DNA of 32,000 nucleotides. It comes from Phycisphaera mikurensis NBRC 102666. GTDB taxonomy: Bacteria; Planctomycetota; Phycisphaerae; Phycisphaerales; Phycisphaeraceae. Position 1 is the stretch's first letter. Each line of letters starts with the position of its first letter. The stretch covers positions 3,690,001 through 3,722,000 of the forward strand of contig NC_017080.1 in assembly GCF_000284115.1 (NCBI RefSeq), written 5' to 3'. Of this stretch, positions 9,163 through 18,516 are shown in pieces. Under the pieces are notes generated by a model, which was given only the letters and a program-made list of their open reading frames with translations, did no database searches and was not told where the DNA came from. The position numbers and the translations under genes were made by a program.

Positions 9163-9270
9163 ACTGACCTTCCCCGCCGCGCGGCCCAACGGCCGCGGGG
9201 CGCTTTGTCTGCGCGGCGGCCTTCCGGCGGGTGTGTTCCCGCCAACGCCGCGCCCAATTGAGAGGAAACC

Positions 9271-12200
9271 ATGCCTGTCACCCCTTCGTCCCCGCGCTCC
9301 GCCCCGTCCGCCGCCCGTCGCACGGCCGTCCTGCTCGCCGCGAGCTGCGCCAGCTTCGGCGGCGCCGGCTCCGCCTTCGCCGACGAGGTCACCGTCACCG
9401 GCGCCACGCTCTTCGAGGAGTTCTTCAAGGTCGCCGCCAACGCGTCGGACTTCATCGACGCCGACAACGACGGCGTCATCACCGACTTCACCGCCAACGG
9501 CGGCGTCGGCACCGTCGACATCCTCTACGGCGGCGCCAACCCCTTCTTCGCCCAGCAGTACCGCGCCATCGGCTCGGGCAACGGCTTCCAGGAGCTGATC
9601 AACTACGGCAGCGTGAACGGCCCCGGCTCGTCCTTCGCCGCCATCAACGCCCTCAACGGCGGTGCCCCCAACGTCCGCAACACCGGCGAGGTGCCGATCG
9701 GCAACTTCACCGGCCCCGCCACCGCCGACATCGCCACGCTGGACGTGCCCGCTTCGTGGTTCGTCACCGACACCAGCGCCCAGGGCCGCTGGGACCTCGC
9801 CCCCCGCACCGGCTCCGGCGCCACCCCCGGCTACGGCAACGGCCAGGCCGTCTCCAACCCGGTGTACGGCACCACCGCCGACCCGCTCCAGGCCGGCGGC
9901 CAGGGCAACACGCTCAAGAGCCTCACCCCCTCGTCCAACAGCGCCGCCCCCGGAACGCAGACGCTCAACACCAACACGGGCTCGCCCGACGCGAACACGC
10001 TCTTCGAGACGCAGCTGGCGCTCTCGCCGATCGCCTTCGTCGCCAACGCCGGCGCCGCCGTCGACAGCACCACCTCCACCGGCGCCGCCGACGGCAACAT
10101 CAAGAAGAGCGAGCTGCAGCACCTCTTCGTGACCGGCCGCACGGTCAGCGGCGAGAACCTCGTCGCGATTACCCGCGACTCCGGCTCGGGCACCCGCAAC
10201 GGCGCGATGAACTCCATCGGCGTCGACCCCTCCTGGGGCACCGGCGACAACGTCGGCCGCAAGAACAAGGGCTCCGGCGACGACCTGGACACCCCCGGCC
10301 CCGACTACATCCCCACCAACAAGAACAGCTCCAGCCGGCTGGAGAACACCGTCCAGAACACCCGCCTGGGCGTCTCCTACAACGGCATCGTCGGCAACGC
10401 CGGCCCCGACTCGGTGGGCAACCGCTACGAGATCCTCAACGTCGCCAACGACCTGGACGCCACCTGGGACGGCACCAGCTACGTCCGGCCGCAGATGACC
10501 GACGACGCCGGGAACAACGTCGTCTTCAACGACGACGCCAACACCGGCCACCAGATCGGCGCCACCCAGACCTTCGTCACCATCGGCGACCCCTTCGCCG
10601 GGGACATCCACGTCGACGGCTCCGGCAACATCGTCGCCGGCCCCGGGACCGGCATCAAGACCTTCGCCGGCAACGGCTCGGGCAACCCGGAGATGGCCGA
10701 CAAGAAGGCCGCCCTCTACATCCGCAACATCCAGGAGTCGATCGACGCCTTCGTCGCCGCTCCGACCAACCCGGCCACCGAGGGCACGCCCGGCGAGTAC
10801 CTCGCCAGCAACTTCGCCCTGGTGAACGCCGCCAGCGCCCTCGCCGATCCCACCGCGCCGGGCACCTTCATCACCAACGTGAACACGAACCCCGACCTCC
10901 AGCAGGTCGGCGTCCTGCCCACCGAGGCCATCGAGGCCTCCTACGGCGGCGACCACGGCACCGTGCCCAACCGCGACAGCGGCACGATCTACACGGATGG
11001 CCAGTCGGCCAACTACCTCACCAACGGCGGCACCGCCGTCAACTACGCCTCCACGCTGGCGGCCGGCACGGCCATCGGCGAGGCGAACGCCATCGCCGGC
11101 GACTTCGACGGCGACCAGGTGCGGGACACCGACGACATCGACGACATGGTCGCCGCCGCCGAGGCCGCCGCCTCGGGCTTTGCGGCCCGCGCCGCCCTCG
11201 GCCAGGACGATCAGGTGCTCGAGATCATCGGCGACTTCAACGCCGACGGCAACTTCGACGCCGAGGACGTCCGCTACGGCGCCGACGGCCTCTTCACCCG
11301 CGGCCGCTCCAGCGGCACGCTCGACCGCGCCGCCAACTTCGCCGAGGTCGACGCCGCCTCGACCAGCGGCAACTTCTTCGGCACCACGCTGGCCACCGGC
11401 AAGGCCTACGCCGCCGGCGACGCCCGCGGCGACATCGCCGGCTCCGGCGACATCGCCGCCGGCGCCAACCCCCTCGGCGCCGACGGCACCGTGGCCGCCG
11501 AGGACATCGACGCCGTGTACGAGAACTTCGTCGGCCTCAACCTCGACGCCACCGCCGGCGTGCAGTGGAGCAACATCGAGGAGATCGCCAACGCCGTCAA
11601 CGCCAAGGGCTCCCGCGTCGACCTCTCCGCCGACATGAACGGCGACCTCACGATCGACCAGACCGACGTCGACGCCGTCGTCCGCGGCATCCTCGGCACC
11701 GAGTACGGCGACGCGAACCTCGATCGCACGGTCGGAGCGGCCGACGTGAGCGTGCTCTCCGGCAACTTCGGGCAGGCGGCCGGCTGGGCCGGCGGCAGCT
11801 TCGACGGCGACGGCCAGGTGGGCGCCGCCGACGTGAGCGTGCTCTCGGGCAACTTCGGCTTCGAAGGCTCGGGCTCCAACGCCCTCGCCTTCGCCTCGGC
11901 CGTCGCACCCGCCGTGGGGTCCGCGGTCTCCGCCCCGGCGGCGGTGGACGCCCGCGAGGTGGCGGCCCCCAGCGGCGACGCGGTGGCCTTCGAGCTGCAA
12001 GTCGGGGCGCTGGCGGACGGCTTCGACACCATCGAGACGATCATCGAGCTCACGGCGGGGACGATCGTGGCGGACGCGGACGCCACGGCGAGCCTGCTGG
12101 CCGAGGGCGACGACGAGTCGGGCTTCTCGGCCTTCCTCACGGCGCCCGCGGCCTTCGGCGGCAAGGGCCTCAGCGAGTTCGGTTACACGGAGCAGCCGAC

Positions 12201-12453
12201 GCTGCTCTCGGCCACGTACGCGAGCCTCGGGAACAACTCGGCGGCGTCCTCGGACGTGCTGCTGGCGCAGATCCTGCTGGGCCAGTCGCTGTCGGAGACG
12301 GCCGGGACGTACACGGTCAACCTCTTCGACAACGGGATCCTCCAGGACACCCTCACGGCCAGCTTCGGCGGCTTCGTGATCCCCGAGCCGGCGACGGCCG
12401 CGGTTCTCGGCCTGGGCGGGCTGACGCTCCTGCGGCGTCGGCGCAACGCCTGA
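9271..12453 (+). CDS. Large exported protein: PstS-like substrate-binding region + EF-hand/dockerin-like repeats + PEP-CTERM anchor
   Basis: Signal peptide, then VTVTGATLFEEFFKVAAN...DILYGGANPFF...AIGSGNGFQELI...LVAITRDSGSGTRNGAMNSIG (PBP phosphate-binding-like GSGTR motif). GDFDGDQVRDTDDID, GDFNADGNFDAEDV and GDANLDRTVGAADVSVLSGNFG...SFDGDGQVGAADVSVLSGNFG are dockerin-like. C-term VIPEPATAAVLGLGGLTLLRRRRNA. Preceded by gagaggaaacc RBS-like sequence. Confidence 0.88.
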   Translation: MPVTPSSPRSAPSAARRTAVLLAASCASFGGAGSAFADEVTVTGATLFEEFFKVAANASDFIDADNDGVITDFTANGGVGTVDILYGGANPFFAQQYRAIGSGNGFQELINYGSVNGPGSSFAAINALNGGAPNVRNTGEVPIGNFTGPATADIATLDVPASWFVTDTSAQGRWDLAPRTGSGATPGYGNGQAVSNPVYGTTADPLQAGGQGNTLKSLTPSSNSAAPGTQTLNTNTGSPDANTLFETQLALSPIAFVANAGAAVDSTTSTGAADGNIKKSELQHLFVTGRTVSGENLVAITRDSGSGTRNGAMNSIGVDPSWGTGDNVGRKNKGSGDDLDTPGPDYIPTNKNSSSRLENTVQNTRLGVSYNGIVGNAGPDSVGNRYEILNVANDLDATWDGTSYVRPQMTDDAGNNVVFNDDANTGHQIGATQTFVTIGDPFAGDIHVDGSGNIVAGPGTGIKTFAGNGSGNPEMADKKAALYIRNIQESIDAFVAAPTNPATEGTPGEYLASNFALVNAASALADPTAPGTFITNVNTNPDLQQVGVLPTEAIEASYGGDHGTVPNRDSGTIYTDGQSANYLTNGGTAVNYASTLAAGTAIGEANAIAGDFDGDQVRDTDDIDDMVAAAEAAASGFAARAALGQDDQVLEIIGDFNADGNFDAEDVRYGADGLFTRGRSSGTLDRAANFAEVDAASTSGNFFGTTLATGKAYAAGDARGDIAGSGDIAAGANPLGADGTVAAEDIDAVYENFVGLNLDATAGVQWSNIEEIANAVNAKGSRVDLSADMNGDLTIDQTDVDAVVRGILGTEYGDANLDRTVGAADVSVLSGNFGQAAGWAGGSFDGDGQVGAADVSVLSGNFGFEGSGSNALAFASAVAPAVGSAVSAPAAVDAREVAAPSGDAVAFELQVGALADGFDTIETIIELTAGTIVADADATASLLAEGDDESGFSAFLTAPAAFGGKGLSEFGYTEQPTLLSATYASLGNNSAASSDVLLAQILLGQSLSETAGTYTVNLFDNGILQDTLTASFGGFVIPEPATAAVLGLGGLTLLRRRRNA

Positions 12454-12552
12454 CCTCCCCCTGCCCGCCGAGCCGCCCGACGGCGGCCCGGCGGCTTGGT
12501 CGCGGCGGATCGTTTCCCGCTGCGCCGATCCTCGCCACCTTCGGAGTTTGCC

Positions 12553-13116
12553 ATGAAGTTCCTTCTGCCCGCCCTCGCCGCCTTCGCCGCCGCTTCGCCC
12601 GCGGCCGGTGCCTCGCTCCAGATCGACGCCGGCCCGACCATCGGCGGCTTCGACGCCTTCGCCTTCACGCTCCTGCCCGAGCAGCTCGACGGTGGATTCG
12701 ACACCATCGAGACCATCGTGACCGCCACCAGCGGCAGCTTCCTGACCGACTCGGACACCGCCGCGAGCCTGCTCAACGTCGGCGACGACGAGACCAGCTT
12801 CTCCGCGTTCCTGACGGCCCCGTCCGCCTTCGGCGGCAAGGGCCTCAGCGAGTTCGGCTACACCGAGCAGTCGGCGCTGCTCTCGGGCACCTACGCGAGC
12901 CTCGGGAACAACTCGGCCTCCGAGGGCGACGTGCTGCTCTCGCAGGTCGCCTTCGCCGCCGGCACGCCGGGCTCGGGCACGGTGCGTGTCAACCTGTTCG
13001 ACAACGGCCTGGTCGTCGACCAGATCACCGAGAGCTTCGTCGTGCCCGAGCCCGCCTCCCTCGCCCTGCTCGCCGCCGGGGGCGTCGCCATCCTCGGCCG
13101 CCGCCGCGCCGCCTGA
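12553..13116 (+). CDS. PEP-CTERM sorting domain protein, paralogous to the C-terminal module of the upstream gene
   Basis: MKFLLPALAAFAAASPAAGA signal peptide; FVVPEPASLALLAAGGVAILGRRRAA PEP-CTERM; body GGFDTIETIVTATSGSFL...FSAFLTAPSAFGGKGLSEFGYTEQSALLSGTYASLGNNSAS matches the upstream protein. Confidence 0.9.
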   Translation: MKFLLPALAAFAAASPAAGASLQIDAGPTIGGFDAFAFTLLPEQLDGGFDTIETIVTATSGSFLTDSDTAASLLNVGDDETSFSAFLTAPSAFGGKGLSEFGYTEQSALLSGTYASLGNNSASEGDVLLSQVAFAAGTPGSGTVRVNLFDNGLVVDQITESFVVPEPASLALLAAGGVAILGRRRAA

Positions 13117-13159
13117 GCCGCCTGAGTCGCCGAATGATCTGATTGGAGGAGGAAGCCTC

Positions 13160-13192
13160 CGCCGCCGGCCCCCGCGGACCGTCGGCGGTTTT
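13160..13192 (+). terminator. Hairpin plus short T-run downstream of the PEP-CTERM gene
   Basis: ccgccg...cggcgg followed by tttt (13162-13192), ~45 bp after the stop codon. Confidence 0.45.
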
Positions 13193-13318
13193 CGCTTGGG
13201 CGCCCCGCGGTCCGCGGCGCCGCTCACCGGGCCCGCCGGCACCGGGGCCCGAAGCGGTAGCGTCGGGAGCCGCACCGGCTCCGCCGCCGGGCGGATCCAC
13301 GCCCCCTCCCGCCACGCC

Positions 13319-14467
13319 ATGAGCAACCCCTCCCCCCACCGCGTCGGCCTCGGCGTCATCGGCCTCGGCGGCTTCGCCCGCTTCTCGCTGCAGCACTTCG
13401 TGCAGGCCCCCGGCGTGGAGCTGGTCGCTGCCGGCGGCGTCACCAGCGACGAGGCCCGCCACGCCGCGGCCCGCTACGGCATCCCGGTGCTGGAGAGCAA
13501 TGACGAGCTCTGCGCCCACCCCGGCATCGACTGGGTCTACATCAACACCCCGCCCTTCCTGCACTTCGAGCACGCGATGCTCGCGCTGCGGGCGGGCAAG
13601 CACGTCCTCATCGAGAAGCCGCTCGCCACCGAGATCGGTCACGCCGAGGCCCTGATGGTGGAGGCCGACGAGCGGGGCCTCCGCCTCGTCACCAACCTCA
13701 TGCAGCGCTACAACCCGCTGCTGGAGACCCTCGGCACGGTCCTGCGCGAGGGCCTGCTCGGCGCGCCGCTGTTCTTCAACCTCACCAACCACGCCGTGGA
13801 CCAGGGCCTGCCCTCCGGGCACTGGTTCTGGGACCGCGACAAGAGCGGCGGCATCTTCGTCGAGCACGGCGTGCACTTCTTCGACATGGCCACGATGCTG
13901 CTCGGCCCCGGCCGCATCGACTCCGCCGGCAGCGCCCGCCGCGCGAGCGACGGCGCCGAAGACCAGGTCTGGTGCGACGGCCGCTTCGGTTCCGCCATCG
14001 CCCGCTTCTACCACGGCTTCAACCAGACCGCCGCCACCGAAGCCCAACGCTTCGAGATCGTCTGCGAGCGCGGGCAGATCACGATGGAGGGCTGGATCCC
14101 ACTCGCCGCCACCATCACCGCCACCGTCGATCTCGCCGCCACCCGCCGCCTCACCGAGCTCGCCCCCGCGGCCCGCCTCCGCGTGCTCGAGCAGTTCCCG
14201 CCGGACCGCCAGGAGGTTCGCGGCCACGGCCGGATGCATCGCGTCGACCAGTCGATCCGCCTGGACGTCCCGCCCGCCAGCCCCAAGAGCGAGCTCTACG
14301 GCGAGCTGCTCCAGCGCCTCTTCACCGAGCAGACCGCACCCGACGCCGCCTCGAACTCCAACTCCCTCCGCCTGCAACCCGACGACGGCCTGGAGAGCCT
14401 CCGCCTCGCCATCGCCGCCCGCGACCTGGCCGATGCTGCGGACGCGGCCGACCCGCCGGAGGATTGA
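13319..14467 (+). CDS. Gfo/Idh/MocA-family NAD(P)-dependent oxidoreductase
   Basis: MSNPSPHRVGLGVIGLGGFARFSLQHF...DWVYINTPPFLHFEHAMLALRAGKHVLIEKPLATEIGHAEAL...GGIFVEHGVHFFDMATMLLG: Rossmann GxGGxA, EKP motif, HxxD. Confidence 0.93.
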   Translation: MSNPSPHRVGLGVIGLGGFARFSLQHFVQAPGVELVAAGGVTSDEARHAAARYGIPVLESNDELCAHPGIDWVYINTPPFLHFEHAMLALRAGKHVLIEKPLATEIGHAEALMVEADERGLRLVTNLMQRYNPLLETLGTVLREGLLGAPLFFNLTNHAVDQGLPSGHWFWDRDKSGGIFVEHGVHFFDMATMLLGPGRIDSAGSARRASDGAEDQVWCDGRFGSAIARFYHGFNQTAATEAQRFEIVCERGQITMEGWIPLAATITATVDLAATRRLTELAPAARLRVLEQFPPDRQEVRGHGRMHRVDQSIRLDVPPASPKSELYGELLQRLFTEQTAPDAASNSNSLRLQPDDGLESLRLAIAARDLADAADAADPPED

Positions 14468-14526
14468 GCCGGCAGGCGACTCCGCGGGCGCTCCGCCCTC
14501 CCCCGCCGCCCCCGTACCTTCTGCGG

Positions 14527-17298
14527 ATGCTGATCGAGCCGTACGTCACGCCCGCAGGGGCGCTTGCGGTCCGCGAGGCCGAGGGCGGAGAAACGGCACC
14601 GAGCGTGGCCGCCGCGAAGCGTCTGCTCACAGCCGCGGACGCGGAAGCCGGCGGGGGCTCCGGCGCTGCGCTGCTGGAGCTGGGCGCCGGCTGGGCCGAC
14701 GCCGAGCTTGGCCCGCGGCTCGGGTGGCTGCGGGCCTTCGCCCGGGCGGCGCTCACTGCGTGGTGTCGGGCGGCCGCGCAGGAAGCCGGGGCGGTGGAGA
14801 CGCCGAGCGAAGCCGCGCTCGCCGAGCGGGTCACGCACGCGCCGCCGCTCGCGGGCGGGGAGTACCTCCGGCCCGAGACCCTCGCGGCGTGGTGGGAACA
14901 GACCGGAGTGGCCCTCCACGCGGCGGCCGACGCGGCGGGGCTCCCCATCGGCGAGTACCTCGCGTCGCGGCACGCGTCGTGGAGAGCCGTCGGCCGGGTG
15001 ACCTTTCACCTCGCCGAGAACCAGCGCGACGAGGCGCGGCCCTTCGCCTTCCTCGCCACCTACGCCGACGGCCCCGCGCCCGATGGCACGCCGCGGCACC
15101 GGCCGCTGGGCAAAGCGATCGAGACGTCCGCCGGCTCAGGCGACCGCGCCACGCTGCTGGGCCTGCTGACCCCGATCTACCGCGCGGCGGAGCGGGCGGA
15201 CTGGCTGAGGGAAGCTGTCGTGAGCGGCGCCGTCTACCGGCCGCTCGCCTGGACCACCGGCGAGGCCTACGCCTTCCTCCGCTCGGTCGACACGCTGCAG
15301 GCGGCGGGCCTGGCGGTTCGCACGCCGGACTGGTGGTCCGCGAAGAAGCGGCCGCGGCCGACGGTCAGCGTGCAGGTGGGCGGGACCAAAGGCGGAGCCG
15401 TCAACACGGCGTCGCTGCTCTCGTTCTCGGTGAGCGTGACACTCGAGGGCGAAACGCTCAGCCCCGAGGAGATGGACGAGCTGCTCTCCGGCGGCGGCGG
15501 CGATGCCGCGGGCCTGGTCCGGCTGCGGGGCCGCTGGGTCGAATTGGACCGCGACCGGCTCGGCGCTGCGCTCGACCACTGGAAGGAGGTTGAAGCCGCG
15601 CACGCCGAAGGCGTCGGCTTCTCCGAGGCGATGCGGTGGATGTCCGGCGCGCAGGCGGTGGCGGAGGAGCAGGAGCCCTCGGCCGGAGCCGACCCGGAGG
15701 ACCCGGCCGCCTGGGTCGGCATCGAGCCCGGCCCCTGGCTGGAGGAAACGCTTGCGACGCTCCGCGACCCCGCGTGCCTGGCGCCCGCGGAGATGCCGGG
15801 CCTGAAGGCCCGGCTCCGCCCGTACCAGGCGACCGGTGTCGGCTGGCTGGGCTTCATGTCGCGGCTGAAGCTGGGCGCCTGCCTGGCGGACGACATGGGG
15901 CTCGGCAAAACGCTTCAGGTGCTGGCGCTGCTGCTGCGGATGAAGCGGGCGGACGCCGAGGCCGGACCCGACGCGAACCTGCCCCCGAGCCCGAGCCCGC
16001 CCCCGAGCCTGCTCGTCGTGCCGGCCTCGCTCCTGGCCAACTGGGCGGCCGAGCGTGACCGCTTCGCACCCTCGCTCCAGAGCGTCACGCTGCACCCCGC
16101 CGAGAGCGCCGTTGACTTGAAAGACGCCGGGGCCGTGAAGCGGGCCGTCGCCGGCGTGGACCTCGCGATCACCACCTACGGCATGCTCACCCGGCTGGAC
16201 GTGCTGCGCGAACTGCCCTGGCGGCTGGTCGTGCTCGACGAGGCGCAGGCGATCAAGAACTCCGGCACGCGGCAGACCCACGCGGTGAAGAAGCTCACCG
16301 CCGAATCGCGGGTGGTGCTCACCGGCACGCCGGTGGAGAACCGGCTGTCGGACCTGTGGTCGCTCTTCGACTTCCTCAACCCCGGCCTGCTCGGCTCGGC
16401 CGCCGCGTTCAAGCGGCTCGTCAAGCAGATGGGCGGCGACGACGACCGGCCGGCGGACTACGCCCCGCTCCGCCGCCTGGTCGGCCCGTACATCCTCCGC
16501 CGCCTCAAGACCGACAAGTCGGTCATCGCTGACCTGCCCGAGAAGACCGAGGTGCAGGCCTGGTGCGGGCTGAGCAAGCCGCAGGCGAAGCTGTACCAGG
16601 CGTCGGTCGACGAGATGGCCCGCGAGCTGCGTGAGGGGGAGCGCGCGGGCATCCACCGCAGAGGCCTGGTGCTCGGCTTCCTCACCCGCTTCAAGCAGGT
16701 CTGCAACCACCCCGCTCAGTTCCACGGCACCGGCGCCTACGCCGCCGAGGAGAGCGGGAAGTTCCTCCGGCTGCGTTCGCTGTGCGAGGAGATCGCCGCC
16801 CGGCAGGAGAGAGTGCTCGTCTTCACGCAGTTCCGCGAGGTCACCGCCCCGCTGGCCGAGCAGCTGGGCGAGGTCTTCGGCCGGTCGGGTCTGGTGCTCC
16901 ACGGCGGCACGCCGGTGAAGAAGCGGCAGCAGATGGTCCAGCGCTTCCAGGCGGCCGACGGGCCGCCCTTTCTCGTGCTCTCGCTCAAGGCCGGCGGCAC
17001 CGGCCTGAACCTCACCGCCGCCTCGCACGTCGTCCACTTCGACCGCTGGTGGAACCCCGCCGTCGAGAACCAGGCGACCGACCGCGCCTTCCGCATCGGC
17101 CAGAAGCGCAACGTGCTCGTCCACAAGTTCGTCTGCCGCGGAACCATCGAAGAGAAGATCGACGCGATGATCCAGGAGAAGACCGCCGTCGCCGACGCCG
17201 TCCTCGGCGGCGAGGCCGAGAAACGCCTCACCGAGATGGACGACGTCGAGCTGCTGGACTTCGTCAAGCTGGACGTGGCCAGAGCGGGCGAGCTTTGA
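14527..17298 (+). CDS. SNF2-family helicase (SNF2-associated N-terminal region)
   Basis: RLRPYQATGVGWLGFMSRLKLGACLADDMGLGKTLQVLALL; VVLDEAQAIKNSGT; LTGTPVENRLSDLWSLFDFLNPGLLG; VLVFTQFREVTAPL; LSLKAGGTGLNLTAASHVVHFDRWWNPAVENQATDRAFRIGQKRNV. Confidence 0.95.
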   Translation: MLIEPYVTPAGALAVREAEGGETAPSVAAAKRLLTAADAEAGGGSGAALLELGAGWADAELGPRLGWLRAFARAALTAWCRAAAQEAGAVETPSEAALAERVTHAPPLAGGEYLRPETLAAWWEQTGVALHAAADAAGLPIGEYLASRHASWRAVGRVTFHLAENQRDEARPFAFLATYADGPAPDGTPRHRPLGKAIETSAGSGDRATLLGLLTPIYRAAERADWLREAVVSGAVYRPLAWTTGEAYAFLRSVDTLQAAGLAVRTPDWWSAKKRPRPTVSVQVGGTKGGAVNTASLLSFSVSVTLEGETLSPEEMDELLSGGGGDAAGLVRLRGRWVELDRDRLGAALDHWKEVEAAHAEGVGFSEAMRWMSGAQAVAEEQEPSAGADPEDPAAWVGIEPGPWLEETLATLRDPACLAPAEMPGLKARLRPYQATGVGWLGFMSRLKLGACLADDMGLGKTLQVLALLLRMKRADAEAGPDANLPPSPSPPPSLLVVPASLLANWAAERDRFAPSLQSVTLHPAESAVDLKDAGAVKRAVAGVDLAITTYGMLTRLDVLRELPWRLVVLDEAQAIKNSGTRQTHAVKKLTAESRVVLTGTPVENRLSDLWSLFDFLNPGLLGSAAAFKRLVKQMGGDDDRPADYAPLRRLVGPYILRRLKTDKSVIADLPEKTEVQAWCGLSKPQAKLYQASVDEMARELREGERAGIHRRGLVLGFLTRFKQVCNHPAQFHGTGAYAAEESGKFLRLRSLCEEIAARQERVLVFTQFREVTAPLAEQLGEVFGRSGLVLHGGTPVKKRQQMVQRFQAADGPPFLVLSLKAGGTGLNLTAASHVVHFDRWWNPAVENQATDRAFRIGQKRNVLVHKFVCRGTIEEKIDAMIQEKTAVADAVLGGEAEKRLTEMDDVELLDFVKLDVARAGEL

Positions 17299-17335
17299 GA
17301 CGATCCGGGGCCGACCCGGCGACACGGAGACACCG

Positions 17336-18385
17336 ATGAGTTACTACGGGTACCAGCACTTCGCCCCCGCCCCCACCGTGGCCCAGCTGCGGGCCAAGGG
17401 CGAGAGAGCCTGCGCCAAGCTGCGCAAGACGAACCCGGGCATCGAGCCGGTCCACATCGAGGGCCGCACGATCGCGCGGACCTTCTGGGGCCGAGCCTGG
17501 TGCGACAACCTGGAGGCCTACCGCGACTTCGCCTACCGGCTGGAGCGCGGCCGCAAGTACGTGCGGCATCGCTGCGTCGTCGACCTGTCGATCCGCGGCG
17601 GCCGGGTGGGCGCGGTGGTGCAGGGCAGCTCGCTCTACGACGTCCGCGTGGAGGTCGAGCCGCTGCCCGAGGCCCGCTGGACCCAGCTCAAGGGCGCCAC
17701 GGTCGGGCAGATTGGCTCCGCGATCGACCTGTTGAAGGGCGAGCTCTCCGACGCGGTGATCCAGCGGCTGATCGACCTGGACACCGGCCTGTTCCCCGCC
17801 CCCGCGGAGATCCGCATGTCCTGCAGCTGCCCCGACGGCGCCGGCTGCTGCAAGCACGTCGCCGCCGCGCTGTACGGCGTCGGCCACCGCCTGGACACCA
17901 AGCCCGACCTGCTGTTCGTGCTGCGCAACCTCGACCCCGCCGAGCTCATCGCCCACGCCGCCTCCGCCGACGCCCTCACCGGCGGCAGCGGCCCGGGCTC
18001 CGCCGCCGAGCTCGCCGGCGAAGACCTCGACGACATCTTCGGCCTCTCCCTCGGCCAGGAGGAAAAGGACTCGGCTCCGTCGGCAAAAAGAAAGCCCGCG
18101 ACCGAGGCTCCCGCGAAGAAGAAGACGAAGAAGAAGCCCGCCGCCATGAAGGCCGCCAGGAAGAAGCCGGCCGCCGCGGCGAAGGCCGCCAAAAAGAAGC
18201 CATCCCCGAAGAAGAAGCCCTTGGCGAAGAAGTATCCCGGGAAGAGTTCCGAGCCCGCACCGCCCGTTCGCAAGAAGGCAACGAAGAAAGCGGCGGCGAC
18301 TAAATCCACCGCGAAGAAACCGACTACGAAGAAGAAAGCCGCTCCGAAGAAGGCCGTCAAGAGGTCCAGCACGCCGAGATGCTGA
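17336..18385 (+). CDS. SWIM zinc-finger protein with long Lys/Ala/Pro-rich (histone H1-like) C-terminal tail
   Basis: MSYYGYQHFAPAPTVAQLRAKGERA...RTFWGRAWCDNLE; SWIM motif IRMSCSCPDGAGCCKHVAAALYGVGHRLD (CxC...CxH); C-term KKTKKKPAAMKAARKKPAAAAKAAKKKPSPKKKP.... Confidence 0.93.
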   Translation: MSYYGYQHFAPAPTVAQLRAKGERACAKLRKTNPGIEPVHIEGRTIARTFWGRAWCDNLEAYRDFAYRLERGRKYVRHRCVVDLSIRGGRVGAVVQGSSLYDVRVEVEPLPEARWTQLKGATVGQIGSAIDLLKGELSDAVIQRLIDLDTGLFPAPAEIRMSCSCPDGAGCCKHVAAALYGVGHRLDTKPDLLFVLRNLDPAELIAHAASADALTGGSGPGSAAELAGEDLDDIFGLSLGQEEKDSAPSAKRKPATEAPAKKKTKKKPAAMKAARKKPAAAAKAAKKKPSPKKKPLAKKYPGKSSEPAPPVRKKATKKAAATKSTAKKPTTKKKAAPKKAVKRSSTPRC

Positions 18386-18516
18386 CCTCCCACCGGGCCC
18401 CCGCGGACCGTCGGCCTCCAGGCCACCCAATCGTTCCGGTCCGCGACTTCCCCCGGCGTAGGCGAGCGCCTGCTTGAGGCCAGTGTCGAAGGCCGTGATT
18501 CTGGCAGACTCCGCAC

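Noticed and set aside
9231-13142. 1303-aa plus-strand ORF (MCSRQRRAQLRGNH...)
   Set aside because: Out-of-frame reading of the PstS-like/PEP-CTERM genes, Arg/Pro/His rich, a typical high-GC artefact.
7912-13443. 1843-aa minus-strand ORF
   Set aside because: Antisense shadow of the pilin-like, PEP-CTERM and oxidoreductase genes; Gly/Val/Ala/Arg low complexity without domain motifs, while the plus-strand frames are clearly coding.
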